From an uncultured candidate division Zixibacteria bacterium (GTDB taxonomy: Bacteria; Zixibacteria; MSB-5A5; UBA10806): a stretch of 64,000 nucleotides of DNA. The notes under the pieces are model-generated. The model saw only the letters and a list, made by a program, of their open reading frames with translations, made no database searches and was not told where the DNA came from. How positions within the stretch are numbered: the stretch's first letter is position 1; each line of letters opens with the position of its first letter. Positions 8,901 to 18,003 of the stretch are shown piece after piece. The stretch lies in assembly GCA_963817915.1 (NCBI GenBank), contig CAWFQL010000003.1, positions 96,001 through 160,000 of the forward strand. Direction: 5' to 3'. Made by a program: the position numbers and the translations under genes.

Positions 8901-10285
8901 TAACTCGTCATCGATGGGCCGGCCCAGCCGTCAGTTCCTCCAGCCCCGCGATATTGAATAAAACCGATTCCAGCGTTGAAAAGAGAAGGCAGCCTCCAGC
9001 CGGAATCGAATACGGTGTCAACTCGGACAAAACCATGCCTGAGCTGAAGCTGACGGACCCAGAGAGTAGTCAATCTTGACGATTCATAATACACATAAGC
9101 CACCGAGAGCCCTCTGATCCAATGCTCCGGATCGCGCATGAGCGGATACTTTTCATACTTGAGAATCTTTGAAAGTGCCACTCTGGCCTGGGACATAGAG
9201 TCTACCGACATGCGAGCGATAAAGATATCCGGGATATAATCCGAACCATCTACGCACGCGTATTTATTATCGGACGCGTAAATGTTGCTTCCGACAATAT
9301 AGGGATAATCCGGCACGACAAACATATGATCGCGATCACCGACTATCATAACATACTCCGGAGGAATCTCCCAGGAAGCGTAAGCTGTGTCAAGAAAGGC
9401 CTTTATCTGTTCCTTACTTGGAGACCCGGTTGGTCTAATTTCGGTTGTAGGAACAATTCTGACCGGATACCCCTTTTGATGCTTCCATTGAGCCACTGCT
9501 TTTACAGTATCAACCAGTGTCGGTCTGCATATTATAACGTATCCCCCGCGCTTAACTTCAACATTATCCATTGCCTGGTCGAAATTGGCGAACATAGCCT
9601 TATAAATTGGATAAAATCCCTCGGATAGATATCTATGATGGACTGTCTTGGGATTGATTACTTCGCCATCATAGCTGATATCAACAGAAATGTCCCGGTA
9701 TACGCGCAATACCTTTTGAACAGGATTATACTGCGCCGGATAGAGTGCAATCCGCACAAAACGAACATCGCGCATAATCTGCGGATCGGAAGCCTCCGCA
9801 AGATTGCCGGGATAAAACGCATCTCTTGCGTAAGTCTGCAGGTCAATTGTGAATGGTACGGCTGACGCACCGGGAGTTTCCGAAGGGGATGGCTGAACCG
9901 GGGCAAGTTCGATATTCGGCAAATCATCATAACCGGAATATGTGACTGTCAATCTTACTCCTGCCTGGTCGGGGATGATTATGTTGGCTGTCAACGCTGG
10001 AAGATCGGGCTTACCATCTTCAGCCAATTCGCTTGGCGTAATAAATTCGCCAACCGGCAGGTCAAGTTTCTTATAATTGCTGCCGCCAAGAGAAATATCG
10101 TTTAGTGCCACAGCCGGCAAATTCAAATTCAACGAGGTTTTGGAACCCAAGTTCCTCACCTCTAATTTCGACGATTCCGCCGAAATATCTGATAGAACGC
10201 GGATGTTTTGAGAGGATAATGACTGCGAAATCATTAAAAACAGCAGAAACACAGTCAAGATGCACGCTTTAGCCTTGATACTCAT
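5969..10285 (-). CDS. Large secreted C25 (gingipain-like) peptidase-family protein with propeptide, Ig/FN3-like domains and C-terminal FlgD/T9SS-type sorting domain
   Basis: ATG 10285 with GGAGG SD and a signal peptide. Motifs WKHQKG, YVMIVGD, DYIPDIFIARMS and YNMLGDPEL. C-terminus LSQNYPNPFNPSTTISY...WDGKD...GLYFYK. Confidence 0.88.
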   Translation of the reverse strand: MSIKAKACILTVFLLFLMISQSLSSQNIRVLSDISAESSKLEVRNLGSKTSLNLNLPAVALNDISLGGSNYKKLDLPVGEFITPSELAEDGKPDLPALTANIIIPDQAGVRLTVTYSGYDDLPNIELAPVQPSPSETPGASAVPFTIDLQTYARDAFYPGNLAEASDPQIMRDVRFVRIALYPAQYNPVQKVLRVYRDISVDISYDGEVINPKTVHHRYLSEGFYPIYKAMFANFDQAMDNVEVKRGGYVIICRPTLVDTVKAVAQWKHQKGYPVRIVPTTEIRPTGSPSKEQIKAFLDTAYASWEIPPEYVMIVGDRDHMFVVPDYPYIVGSNIYASDNKYACVDGSDYIPDIFIARMSVDSMSQARVALSKILKYEKYPLMRDPEHWIRGLSVAYVYYESSRLTTLWVRQLQLRHGFVRVDTVFDSGWRLPSLFNAGIGFIQYRGAGGTDGWAGPSMTSYDLLNLQDNQKLGVLSPLTCGTGDFGGECFGETWIRMGRSPDSLKGGPAFYGVSDHDTHTRWNNPIMVGYFFGIFEENVYHFAAAAVRGKLQDYWTFPRQTAPGGMIQQYFNTYNMLGDPELELRTKIPISINVTHLDTVALGTNSFNASVIDSAGNAISGAYVTLIKTIGTTEEVFSVDKTDESGNVTLIFDANTPGSMKLTVSGQNLIPYQTNVEIATSDLAVGLDSIYIDDDTDGFSHGDGDHLAAPGETIELNVSIKNFGTDISATNVSAQLESTDGNSVVYDGIRNYGNLAPGESRASEAPFVVYVNPAASDGQTVRQKLTIRDQNNDSWQTMIEFPVKAPKFAVTRAIIPEGDSLIGPGQTANLKIFLSNSGSLNAQGVTGIVTTDDDYANAVGSIANFGDISIGGSGDNSSSLVSITCDSTAFKGKKLNLTLHISTLSGSKSSIPFTLTVGRISSRDPVGPDSYGYYMYDRMDSAYAMMPTYQWVEISPDSGGQGTRLNYGSELDDKSVLVTLPFNMKYYGQDYGAMIVCINGFAALDTTPMDMQGNYWANFFNWPIPDPGNARGQISPFWDDLRIDGTHLGVYKWYDSVNHKFYIEWLKLTNTNTFQYETFQMVIMDPAYYPSLTGDSDILFIYRDVNNTDSGEGYASVGFESYDEQRGLEFTHDNYYAPGGATLIDGAVTLITTSTGRGSVRGSVDLDGSGQNGDAQIHASTGQRRISASDGRFFIKEVPPGTISLTAEALGYYPAYQESIQVVANQLIETETLHLTRCPIPSSLSASNNISNLIEVRWDTLTNPNLAGFNIYRSRWPNGDFSKLNDSPIQATSYSDIDLADTNLYWYYVSALFSEGNLTAESFGSTAGSGKALTITGLNDDITAPKKFFLSQNYPNPFNPSTTISYGLAVDSEVRIVVFNIMGQKVKNLVDQRQAAGYKQVVWDGKDESGRKVATGLYFYKIETANFTKTNKMLLLK

Positions 10286-10658
10286 TTGACCTCCACTAAG
10301 CCTTAAAAAAATAAACATAAACATATCCCATAATTTTAGGCGAGAATATCCCCCCAGCGATTTCTCGTTTACCAATGGATTAAACAACTTAATCCGCTTG
10401 GCTCGTTCCACTAATATAATCGATAATTTTTTACTTAGTAAATTATGTCATTGAAATTTTGATTTAAATTGGGAAATTCTCAAAATTTGCAACCCCATTT
10501 TTGAGACTATTATTGAGTGGGCCGCCCACGTTAACCTGATGAATATTTTGCGGTTATGGAAATTATTGGCGGTTCATTTAATGCGGTGATAATTATACGA
10601 AATAGAAATGGGGCGAATAATGTTCGCCCCGAATTACTCCGACTATTGAAAAATCAGA

Positions 10659-11903
10659 CTATCTTATATATCGAAATATCGCGACTTCGCTTGTGGCTGC
10701 CACAAATAAATATGGCCAATGAGATCGCACATCTCTGACATTTGTGCCAACAGTCTGAGTTTGAATTAATCTCAGGCTATCCGGCAAAGTGTAGACAAAT
10801 GAGTAAATTTTTCCCGATTCCGAGCCGGCAAACAATGTCGAATCGCCAACATCAACAGTGTTGAATATTTCTCCGTTTACGAAGCGATCCAGAAAACGAG
10901 GTGTTGTTGGATGCGATATAGAAAGTGCCAATACCCCCCCGGTGCCGTCCGCGATAAACGCGAAACTATCGACCACGGCAACGCCCTTCGCGAGACTCAA
11001 TCCGGAATAAGTGCATAGTATCTGGGCTGATGTAGGGCTGGTACAATCGACAATATAAAAATTGCTGTTACCCACAATAAATGCCGTATCGTGGCGGGCG
11101 ACGACTTTATTCAGGAGATCTGACGTGAATGCAAGATAGGCAATTGATCTCAAAGTATCGGGATCGCTTCTATTTACTATCGAAAAACCATCGTTTTCCG
11201 CTATGAATAAATAATGGCCGGATACGGCAACATCGTTGGCGAATGTCTGAGTGACATATCGCCCTTTACTTATCAGCGTATCGCCATTGCTCGCATCAAG
11301 TCTTAATACTCCCTGACCCTTATCCGCGATAAACAATTCGAATCCATTTACATCCGCTCTCAGAGCGCTGCCCGGCGTATCGTAACGGCCCAAAAATGAC
11401 GGCGAACCAAGATAGCGTATATCATAGGTCATGACCCCGGCATCACCATCAGTCAAAAACAGAAGTCCTCCATATTCGGCCACGCCGCGCGCGTCCGCGG
11501 GACTAATAGTCACAGAGGAAAGCTTGGTGAATAAATGTGAGTATGATAGACTGACATTGATTATCTGTGAATTATAAGTCGAATCAGCCGTATGACCGAC
11601 AGCCAAAAGAATATGATTCGTACCAGATGAATGTTGATAGATATTCCAGAAATAATAGTATGGGGCAATTGAATCGCTCGCGACAGAATCGCCGTCGATA
11701 AAGAAATCGACTCGTCTCATCGTATAGCCCGAACCCACCGCGGCAGTTATATACACGGGGTCCGCTAAAACAGAATTATTCGCCGGCGAAGTTATCGAAA
11801 TTGCCAATTGTTCTCCCGGGGCAGTTGTCTTGTTCTTGCAGGAGAGCAAAATCGGGATAACGGCCAAGGATAATATGGAAATTATGAGAATGTTCTTTTT
11901 CAT
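10659..11903 (-). CDS. Lipoprotein with a bacterial Ig-like domain and LVIVD-type beta-propeller repeats
   Basis: Lipobox LLSC. Ig-like segment ITSPANNS...VDFFIDG...APYYYFWN. Repeats of the form A.xV.V.G.xxFIAD.x.G. Confidence 0.75.
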   Translation of the reverse strand: MKKNILIISILSLAVIPILLSCKNKTTAPGEQLAISITSPANNSVLADPVYITAAVGSGYTMRRVDFFIDGDSVASDSIAPYYYFWNIYQHSSGTNHILLAVGHTADSTYNSQIINVSLSYSHLFTKLSSVTISPADARGVAEYGGLLFLTDGDAGVMTYDIRYLGSPSFLGRYDTPGSALRADVNGFELFIADKGQGVLRLDASNGDTLISKGRYVTQTFANDVAVSGHYLFIAENDGFSIVNRSDPDTLRSIAYLAFTSDLLNKVVARHDTAFIVGNSNFYIVDCTSPTSAQILCTYSGLSLAKGVAVVDSFAFIADGTGGVLALSISHPTTPRFLDRFVNGEIFNTVDVGDSTLFAGSESGKIYSFVYTLPDSLRLIQTQTVGTNVRDVRSHWPYLFVAATSEVAIFRYIR

Positions 11904-11942
11904 CTATCTACCCCTATTATTATCGGAATAATTTTATGATAT

Positions 11943-13373
11943 TCAATCTCTCTTTTTGCCGTTATCAGCGAAAACCACTGCGTTTTCAGGGGCAGATTCT
12001 CTTGCCCTATGATAAACAATGGCCAGGAATATTATAGGTACCAGCTCACCATCTATAACGCCATCCATTATTATGGTTCCAACTTCAAAGATTGATCTAA
12101 ATATTAGCGCTATCAAGGTGGCCGCGATTCCCAAAATTACCAAATCTCGTGGATTCCTTTTAAGCAATGGGGACAATTTTAGAGATCTTCGTCCGAATGC
12201 CAGCAAGAATCCGAGGGCGCAGGCGGCTGCGATGAAGCCCTTTTCGGCAAAATTGGTAAGTATATAATTATGAGCGCCCCCTCCGCCAATTTGCAATGAG
12301 ACTCCCCGGGCAAACGAGGGAGGGATGAAATAAAATGTTAAATCGTTGAATCGCCTTGCCCCCACGCCAAAAATCGGAGCCTCCTTTATCATTTCTATAG
12401 CTGCAACCCATAGGGAGGTCCGATTGGAAGTACCTTGTTGAATCCGGAATAGCCACTGAAACGTCGGTACGGTCATAATTATTATTGCAAATATCATTAT
12501 AATGGCCATTAGCAGGAAAATCATTTTTTTTCTCGCTGGATGAAACCACAATACAACGGCGAGACCTACAGCAAGTCCGATTATACTGGAGCGGGATAAT
12601 GATGAGAAAAAAGCGGGCAATAAAACAATTAATATTATTCCGGAAAGAGTTTTAATCCATTTTTCCCGAGACAAAAATATAAAAGCAAAATAGATTGGAA
12701 GCGACAACAAAATATTATAGCCAACACTATTGGCATTTCCGAATATTGTATAAACTCTATTCGTAAAAACAGTGCCGCTCGAAACATATTTGCCAAATCC
12801 ATACCTTAAGAGAAAATCATATGCTGAAATTGCATTGGCCAATGAAAATAAGGACAATATTATTATAAAAGGCCAAAACATTTTCTTATTGCCGAATTGG
12901 TCAAAAACAATAATTGAAACTGCGAACAGGAATAAATATCGCACAAATTGCTTTAATGCCGCTGAACTTGGCCCCACGTACGCAATTGATAAAAACGACC
13001 AAATTATAAAGACGACAAATAGCACTAATATTTCTTTAGGGTAAGATATCTTATATAAATCCTTATTTAGCCAGCCGAAGAACCAGATGATAATAACAAT
13101 GGAGGAAAGTCCGTAAATAATAAATGAAGACAATGGAGCCCTGACGACAAAACTCGTAATAGCAACTAAAATATAAGCCTGAAAACCGAAAGTGAAATTC
13201 CATAATAGACAGAAAATAACAATTGATCCCAGCAAACCTGCAAAAGCATAAATCGGATTTGAAATGGCAAAAATTGCAGCTAAAGCGTTTATTATGAAAA
13301 ATGTGGCAAAGAGCTGATTTTTCCTCTCCTGAAATACTTCCGGGAATATTGTTTGCCTTAGATCAATATTCAT
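11943..13373 (-). CDS. O-antigen ligase / Wzy_C family polytopic membrane protein
   Basis: Many TM helices, with motifs FGNAN, SLSRSS, R..LW..AIEMIKEAPIFGVG and AHNY. Confidence 0.85.
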   Translation of the reverse strand: MNIDLRQTIFPEVFQERKNQLFATFFIINALAAIFAISNPIYAFAGLLGSIVIFCLLWNFTFGFQAYILVAITSFVVRAPLSSFIIYGLSSIVIIIWFFGWLNKDLYKISYPKEILVLFVVFIIWSFLSIAYVGPSSAALKQFVRYLFLFAVSIIVFDQFGNKKMFWPFIIILSLFSLANAISAYDFLLRYGFGKYVSSGTVFTNRVYTIFGNANSVGYNILLSLPIYFAFIFLSREKWIKTLSGIILIVLLPAFFSSLSRSSIIGLAVGLAVVLWFHPARKKMIFLLMAIIMIFAIIIMTVPTFQWLFRIQQGTSNRTSLWVAAIEMIKEAPIFGVGARRFNDLTFYFIPPSFARGVSLQIGGGGAHNYILTNFAEKGFIAAACALGFLLAFGRRSLKLSPLLKRNPRDLVILGIAATLIALIFRSIFEVGTIIMDGVIDGELVPIIFLAIVYHRARESAPENAVVFADNGKKRD

Positions 13374-13412
13374 TAACGTAATTTCCGAATTCTCATATTA
13401 TATCTCATCCGT

Positions 13413-13874
13413 CTATTTGCTCTGATGCTGCCAGCAGCGGTCGGAGGCCGGCTCGGCCCATCTCCTGCAACGGGTACCGCCTTGGGTTATCGCCACGCAC
13501 CTTCGACGTGCTACCTTGCTTTTCAATGTATCCGTCGCTATTTGCGAGGGAGAACCGCTGCTCAAACGATAAAGCTGAAATACAATGAGCGAATCGGATT
13601 TATCAAGCAACTGTTTTTGAGATATAAAGAATGTACGGCCATTGGAACGAGCCTTAAAGAAAAGCTCCCCATCAAATACATACACCGAGTCGCCCTTATT
13701 CAAATACATCGTATCAGCATTGCCCGACACTGAATCAGCATTGGCTGCTAAAGCTATTACGGGAATAGCGCCTAAAGTATCAATCCGGCTAACCGTATCT
13801 GATGGCGGACCCTGCGCGAACGATAAACCGACAATGATCACTATGAAAAAGAAAATATCTCTTACTAATCTCAT
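13413..13874 (-). CDS. Secreted protein with a C-terminal Cys/His motif (RCxAxTxxGxRCxRxA...RCWQH, DUF5763-like)
   Basis: A signal peptide follows ATG 13874, and there is a C-C-C-H motif at the C-terminus. Confidence 0.6.
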   Translation of the reverse strand: MRLVRDIFFFIVIIVGLSFAQGPPSDTVSRIDTLGAIPVIALAANADSVSGNADTMYLNKGDSVYVFDGELFFKARSNGRTFFISQKQLLDKSDSLIVFQLYRLSSGSPSQIATDTLKSKVARRRCVAITQGGTRCRRWAEPASDRCWQHQSK

Positions 13875-14039
13875 TCTGCTATTAAAATATAAATTGGAAG
13901 CCGAAATACCAATAGTTTTCTTGAGTCTAATGAATAATTGGAATCGGCCAATATTTTGATTGACCGCGGGCAAGGATGTCATTTATTTGAATTTTAACAA
14001 TATCAACGCCGATTTCATCAAGGCAGCGAAAGGATAACC

Positions 14040-14555
14040 ATGATCAATTATAAAATAATCGCAACTCCGATAGGTGATATGATTGCGGCCGAACATAATG
14101 GAAAACTCTGTCGGCTCGATTTCTCCGATAATGAAAATATTTTATCGCATTTAAAAGCGATCGAATTAACTTTCGGGGATTCAGTTGCCATGTCGGATTC
14201 CACTATCCTGAATGAGACATCAAATCAATTAAAACTGTATTTTGAGAAAAAGCTTGAATCATTTGATCTGCCCTTATTTTGGACAGGCACCGATTTTCAA
14301 AAATCGGTATGGCCACAATTGACCAAAATTCCTTACGGAACGACTGTCAATTATGGATTAATCGCCGAAAGAATCGGCAAGCCTAAATCATCGCGCGCCG
14401 TAGGCATGGCCAATCACAATAATCCGATTCCGATTGTTGTGCCCTGCCACAGGGTAATTGGCAAAAATGGCGCTCTGGTCGGCTATGGCGGCGGCCTGTG
14501 GCGAAAAAAATGGCTCCTCGAACACGAGGGAGCCATTTCAAGTCATTTGCTCTGA
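14040..14555 (+). CDS. ogt: Methylated-DNA--protein-cysteine methyltransferase
   Basis: Active-site PCHRV, plus GTDFQKSVW, RAVG and GYGGG. Confidence 0.95.
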   Translation: MINYKIIATPIGDMIAAEHNGKLCRLDFSDNENILSHLKAIELTFGDSVAMSDSTILNETSNQLKLYFEKKLESFDLPLFWTGTDFQKSVWPQLTKIPYGTTVNYGLIAERIGKPKSSRAVGMANHNNPIPIVVPCHRVIGKNGALVGYGGGLWRKKWLLEHEGAISSHLL

Positions 14556-14568
14556 TATTTTTTAATCG

Positions 14569-15465
14569 CTAAACTACACCATAAACCTGGGGCGGTGTAA
14601 GCATATCCGGAAATTTCGCTATTAGAGATTTTCGCACCTCGTAGCACAAATGACAGGCATCGACAAATCCCGATGAAGTATCAAAATTAAATTCCTTTGC
14701 CAACTTGTAAGGTCCGCCCTTGATTAATAGGCCTACAATAGGATCTGATTCGGGCTTATATTTTTCAAATATTTCCTTTAATGGAAATTTGTAAATATTT
14801 CCTATTACCAATCCCTGGCAAATATGGATATTTCCAAATGGGTCGAGATGCACCCTACCCGGTTTTATCAAATCCTCCTCGGGACATTCGATAAATTTCG
14901 ATGCTGCCTGCCTGGGGTAATCTTTAGCCAATTTATCTACCGCCCTGCCCTTAAAAAGCGGCTTGCCGCCGATAAGAGCGCCGTCTTTATCTTTCCTCGT
15001 TTCGATATTTATAGGCGCGTCATCAATTGAAATATAACTGCAGGTGATATCCAAGCTCTTCGCCGCTTTAAACGCTATCTCTGCTAGATTGGTTTTTTTG
15101 CTGTCAAAATGGTATAGATCGTTGGAAATAGAAATATCCTCGATGCCGAGTTCTTTCAATGGCCTCAGCCAAAGCTCCGCGTCTTTTACCGAAGTCGCCC
15201 AATAAGAATTGCTGACAATACCAACTCGAAGTCCCATTTCACGGGCTAATTTTATCGATTGAAGCATTAACGGGTAATACATGAACGGCTCCCCGCCCTC
15301 GAAATACACACTGTCAATTGACCTGATTTCCTTAATTTGCATTAGCGCGAATTCCATATTTTCAAGAGTGAAAACCCCATCGGAGAACGGCCCGCAATAT
15401 AGAAAGCAATGATCGCATTCGAAGGTGCATTGATATGTCAGGAGAAAATGGATGCTATTTAGCAT
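14569..15465 (-). CDS. Radical SAM protein of unknown substrate
   Basis: CTFECDHC (CxxxCxxC), GGEP, and C-terminal CHLC. Confidence 0.85.
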   Translation of the reverse strand: MLNSIHFLLTYQCTFECDHCFLYCGPFSDGVFTLENMEFALMQIKEIRSIDSVYFEGGEPFMYYPLMLQSIKLAREMGLRVGIVSNSYWATSVKDAELWLRPLKELGIEDISISNDLYHFDSKKTNLAEIAFKAAKSLDITCSYISIDDAPINIETRKDKDGALIGGKPLFKGRAVDKLAKDYPRQAASKFIECPEEDLIKPGRVHLDPFGNIHICQGLVIGNIYKFPLKEIFEKYKPESDPIVGLLIKGGPYKLAKEFNFDTSSGFVDACHLCYEVRKSLIAKFPDMLTPPQVYGVV

Positions 15466-15608
15466 TGTATCCTCGTTATTATTAAATCAATGATCATGAT
15501 AAGCGCAATATTTATTGTTAATTAACTGCCGGGAAATTCGCTTATCCGGGCAATTATAATTGAATATTCCATCATTTCTGTGGTAATATCAATTGGAGGA
15601 TAAATTCT

Positions 15609-16019
15609 ATGTCTAACGGAGGCGCAATTGCCGCGTCGACCGCGGCCGGGATTGCCGCTGAACTGATGCGGCAAGAGGAGGAAGAAATGACCGCTTATGA
15701 TAAAGATGATCTTGATGGATGGGAATTTAAGATAATCCGTTCCAATACCGGTAAATTCAAAAAAAGTGAAGCGATCAAAACACTGTGTCAGGAAGAATCA
15801 AAGGCCGGGTGGGAGATGGTCGAAAAATTCGACGATAACCGTATCCGTTTCAAACGGCGAATCGAGAATCGCAACCGCGACGCGCAATCGCAGATTGATC
15901 CTTATCGCACTCGCGTCGGAATTGGCGATGCCAAGCTGGCATTTGTAATCATCGCGTCTATTGCCGCGGCTGTTGGAATTGTGGCGCTCTTAGCTGTTAC
16001 CCTCGGCAATAAAAACTAA
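15609..16019 (+). CDS. Hypothetical protein with a C-terminal TM helix (DUF4177-like WEFK...GWEMV)
   Basis: GGAGG SD, ORF with a hydrophobic C-terminus. Confidence 0.65.
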   Translation: MSNGGAIAASTAAGIAAELMRQEEEEMTAYDKDDLDGWEFKIIRSNTGKFKKSEAIKTLCQEESKAGWEMVEKFDDNRIRFKRRIENRNRDAQSQIDPYRTRVGIGDAKLAFVIIASIAAAVGIVALLAVTLGNKN

Positions 16020-16043
16020 GACGACAAATTCATCCCAATAAAT

Positions 16044-16073
16044 AAAAAAAAGAGGCCGAAAAGTTCGGCCTCT
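16044..16073 (-). terminator. Intrinsic terminator of the OmcS-like gene
   Basis: AGAGGCCGAA-AAG-TTCGGCCTCT hairpin with an A8 run on the plus strand (U tract on the minus strand). Confidence 0.8.
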
Positions 16074-16100
16074 CATTCTATCTATCTAATAAATCAATAT

Positions 16101-17219
16101 CTACTGTGCGGTGTTGACAACATTATCATGGCATTGACGGCATCCGGCTGTTCTCATTTCCTCTGAGTTGTCCGCTGGATTCCATCTCATACCAAATGCG
16201 TTGGTGGAGCCGTGCGCCTGATGGCACGAGAGGCAAAAGACCTCGTTATTATAAGCTACCTGGGATGCTGCATTGAAATCATGCGCTTCCCTGACCAGGA
16301 ATGGCATACGTCCAACTGAAAATTCCGAGCCCTGACCATTATACCAATTTGTACTATCGGCTGTGTAAACCGGATCGCCGGGTAAGCCGCTAATCGGGCG
16401 ATATGCGCCATATTCGGTATTCGAGACTGGATGGCGGTTCCAATGGAAATCGAGATCGGGGTTTGTATATCGTCCACCATTTGTACCAGCATCCAATAAT
16501 GTGTGATGGCAATCGATACAGATATTGGTTACCTCACGCCAGGTTGGTTCGCCACCTGCATCGCCGGGCTCGCCGTACTTTACATTATCCTGCTGATATT
16601 TCTGAAGGCCTGTCGCGCCGGGATTCACAAATGCGACAATCGGAGGCTCGCCGCCGGGCCATGATGCCCATTGCAGATTGCGATAATAACCGGTGCCGTG
16701 AGGAGCATGACAATCAACGCAATCAACAGTTGCGGTCCTGAATTCTCCTCCAAAATGACATCTCAGACAAAGGTCGCCTGGAGCAGTCCCAATATTATGG
16801 CCATTGTCGTTGATAGCGCCGGGATCGCCGAATTGTCCCGCGGCCCGAAGGGTGCCGCCGTTGACATCGGAGCCCACAACGTCAGGGACATTAACTTTGT
16901 CTTGATGACAATTAAGACACAATGCCAACGCGCTCGTGGCTTTCAAAAGCTTGTTTGTCGGCGGTTCCATGACAAATGGATAAGTGAAGGGGTCCTGATA
17001 GCCATAATTATGCTGCATCGAGCCATGCATGACATGGCAATCGGAACAGACCAGGTCGGCGCCATTATGATAGCCGGGCGAAAATGGCGGCGTATCGAGA
17101 AGCATCCCGGGATTATGTCCGCCGCTTCCGGGTCTATGAATATCAATACCGTCCATCGGTCCGCCCGCCAACGCTACGGCGCTGACCAGGAAGAAAACAA
17201 CTGTGATGAGTTTACCCAT
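16101..17219 (-). CDS. Secreted OmcS-like multiheme cytochrome c with 7 CxxCH motifs
   Basis: AAGGAAGG SD and signal peptide ending AVALA. Motifs YHNG..VCSDCHVMHGS, LCLNCHQ, GHNI, CLRCH, CVDCHAPHG..YR, CIDCH...RHP, VFCLSCHQAHGS and GCRQCH. Confidence 0.88.
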   Translation of the reverse strand: MGKLITVVFFLVSAVALAGGPMDGIDIHRPGSGGHNPGMLLDTPPFSPGYHNGADLVCSDCHVMHGSMQHNYGYQDPFTYPFVMEPPTNKLLKATSALALCLNCHQDKVNVPDVVGSDVNGGTLRAAGQFGDPGAINDNGHNIGTAPGDLCLRCHFGGEFRTATVDCVDCHAPHGTGYYRNLQWASWPGGEPPIVAFVNPGATGLQKYQQDNVKYGEPGDAGGEPTWREVTNICIDCHHTLLDAGTNGGRYTNPDLDFHWNRHPVSNTEYGAYRPISGLPGDPVYTADSTNWYNGQGSEFSVGRMPFLVREAHDFNAASQVAYNNEVFCLSCHQAHGSTNAFGMRWNPADNSEEMRTAGCRQCHDNVVNTAQ

Positions 17220-17357
17220 ACCCATACCTTCCTTATCCGGAAATTTATTGGAAAAGAAATCCTTATTCTTCAACCAATTAATTATCATTATCTTTTCCCC
17301 ATCAAATACATGCTATCAAAAAAGCCGCAATATCCTAAGCTTGCCCTTTTGCCCCGT

Positions 17358-17375
17358 TAGTGAATTTGTTCACAA
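17358..17375. promoter_or_regulatory. Putative Rex (NADH/NAD+ sensor) operator
   Basis: TAGTGAA-TTTG-TTCACAA has one mismatch to the TTGTGAA-N4-TTCACAA consensus and lies between the promoter and start of the cytochrome gene. Confidence 0.7.
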
Positions 17376-17420
17376 ACTACGTCTTAAATAAACGGGGAAG
17401 ACCCCTTTATTATCGGTAAT

Positions 17421-17448
17421 AATTTACCGCCAATTTAATCCATGTCAA
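17421..17448 (-). promoter_or_regulatory. Putative sigma70 promoter for the OmcS-like gene
   Basis: Minus strand TTGACA-N16-TAAATT. Confidence 0.5.
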
Positions 17449-17632
17449 GTATTATTCTTAATGCTAACCGTTATTTTTGTGATAAGTAAAAATGGGCAAG
17501 GGACGCGCTATTCGGCAGAAGCTCTTATTAGCTGCAGCTATTCACAACTGACCCTTATGGCTGGATTATTTGAAGACAGTCGATGACGCTTCCCGCCCAA
17601 TTAAGCGGTTGTTTTGATAATCAGGAATATTT

Positions 17633-17994
17633 CTAATTAACAGACAGGCATTTGAAAACCTGTTCGCTGGTGCCATCCTCAAATGATATTTTCCCTTCCA
17701 TAATCGTCTTGATGCTATCCACCGAAATCATTTCAGGGTTGTAGCTAAAGATGGCCTTATGCTCAGTCGCGAAAGTCTCAATACCATAAATACCCGGAAT
17801 GCTATCGTATAATGATGAAAAGAAGGTTGCTGTGCCTTTGCATTTGAGCCCTTCAACCACAAATATGGTTTTGGCCCCGGCCTTCGCGTCAAATGTCTTA
17901 TTAGTTGTAGGCTGAACAAATGCGGTTTGAGATGATACCCGCCGACTAAAGCGGAAATTACGAAAATCGGTATTATTATTTTTGGAATTTCCAT
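17633..17994 (-). CDS. Membrane-anchored or exported heavy-metal-associated (HMA-like) domain protein; frameshift near 17927
   Basis: The hydrophobic N-terminus of ORF 17728..17994 joins the frame of ORF 17633 (TAFVQP...FVVEGLKCKGTA...YNPEMIS) if one A is added to an A3 run. Confidence 0.7.
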
Positions 17995-18003
17995 ATCTAC
18001 TCC

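Noticed and set aside
16671..17360. 229-aa plus-strand ORF
   Set aside because: It is antisense to the multiheme cytochrome gene and has no motifs.
17300..17400. c-di-GMP/cGAMP (GEMM-I) riboswitch upstream of the OmcS-like gene, as in Geobacter
   Set aside because: A GGCAAA follows an inverted repeat, but I could not find the GEMM-I two-hairpin architecture. The palindrome fits a Rex operator better. An Infernal/Rfam scan would settle it.
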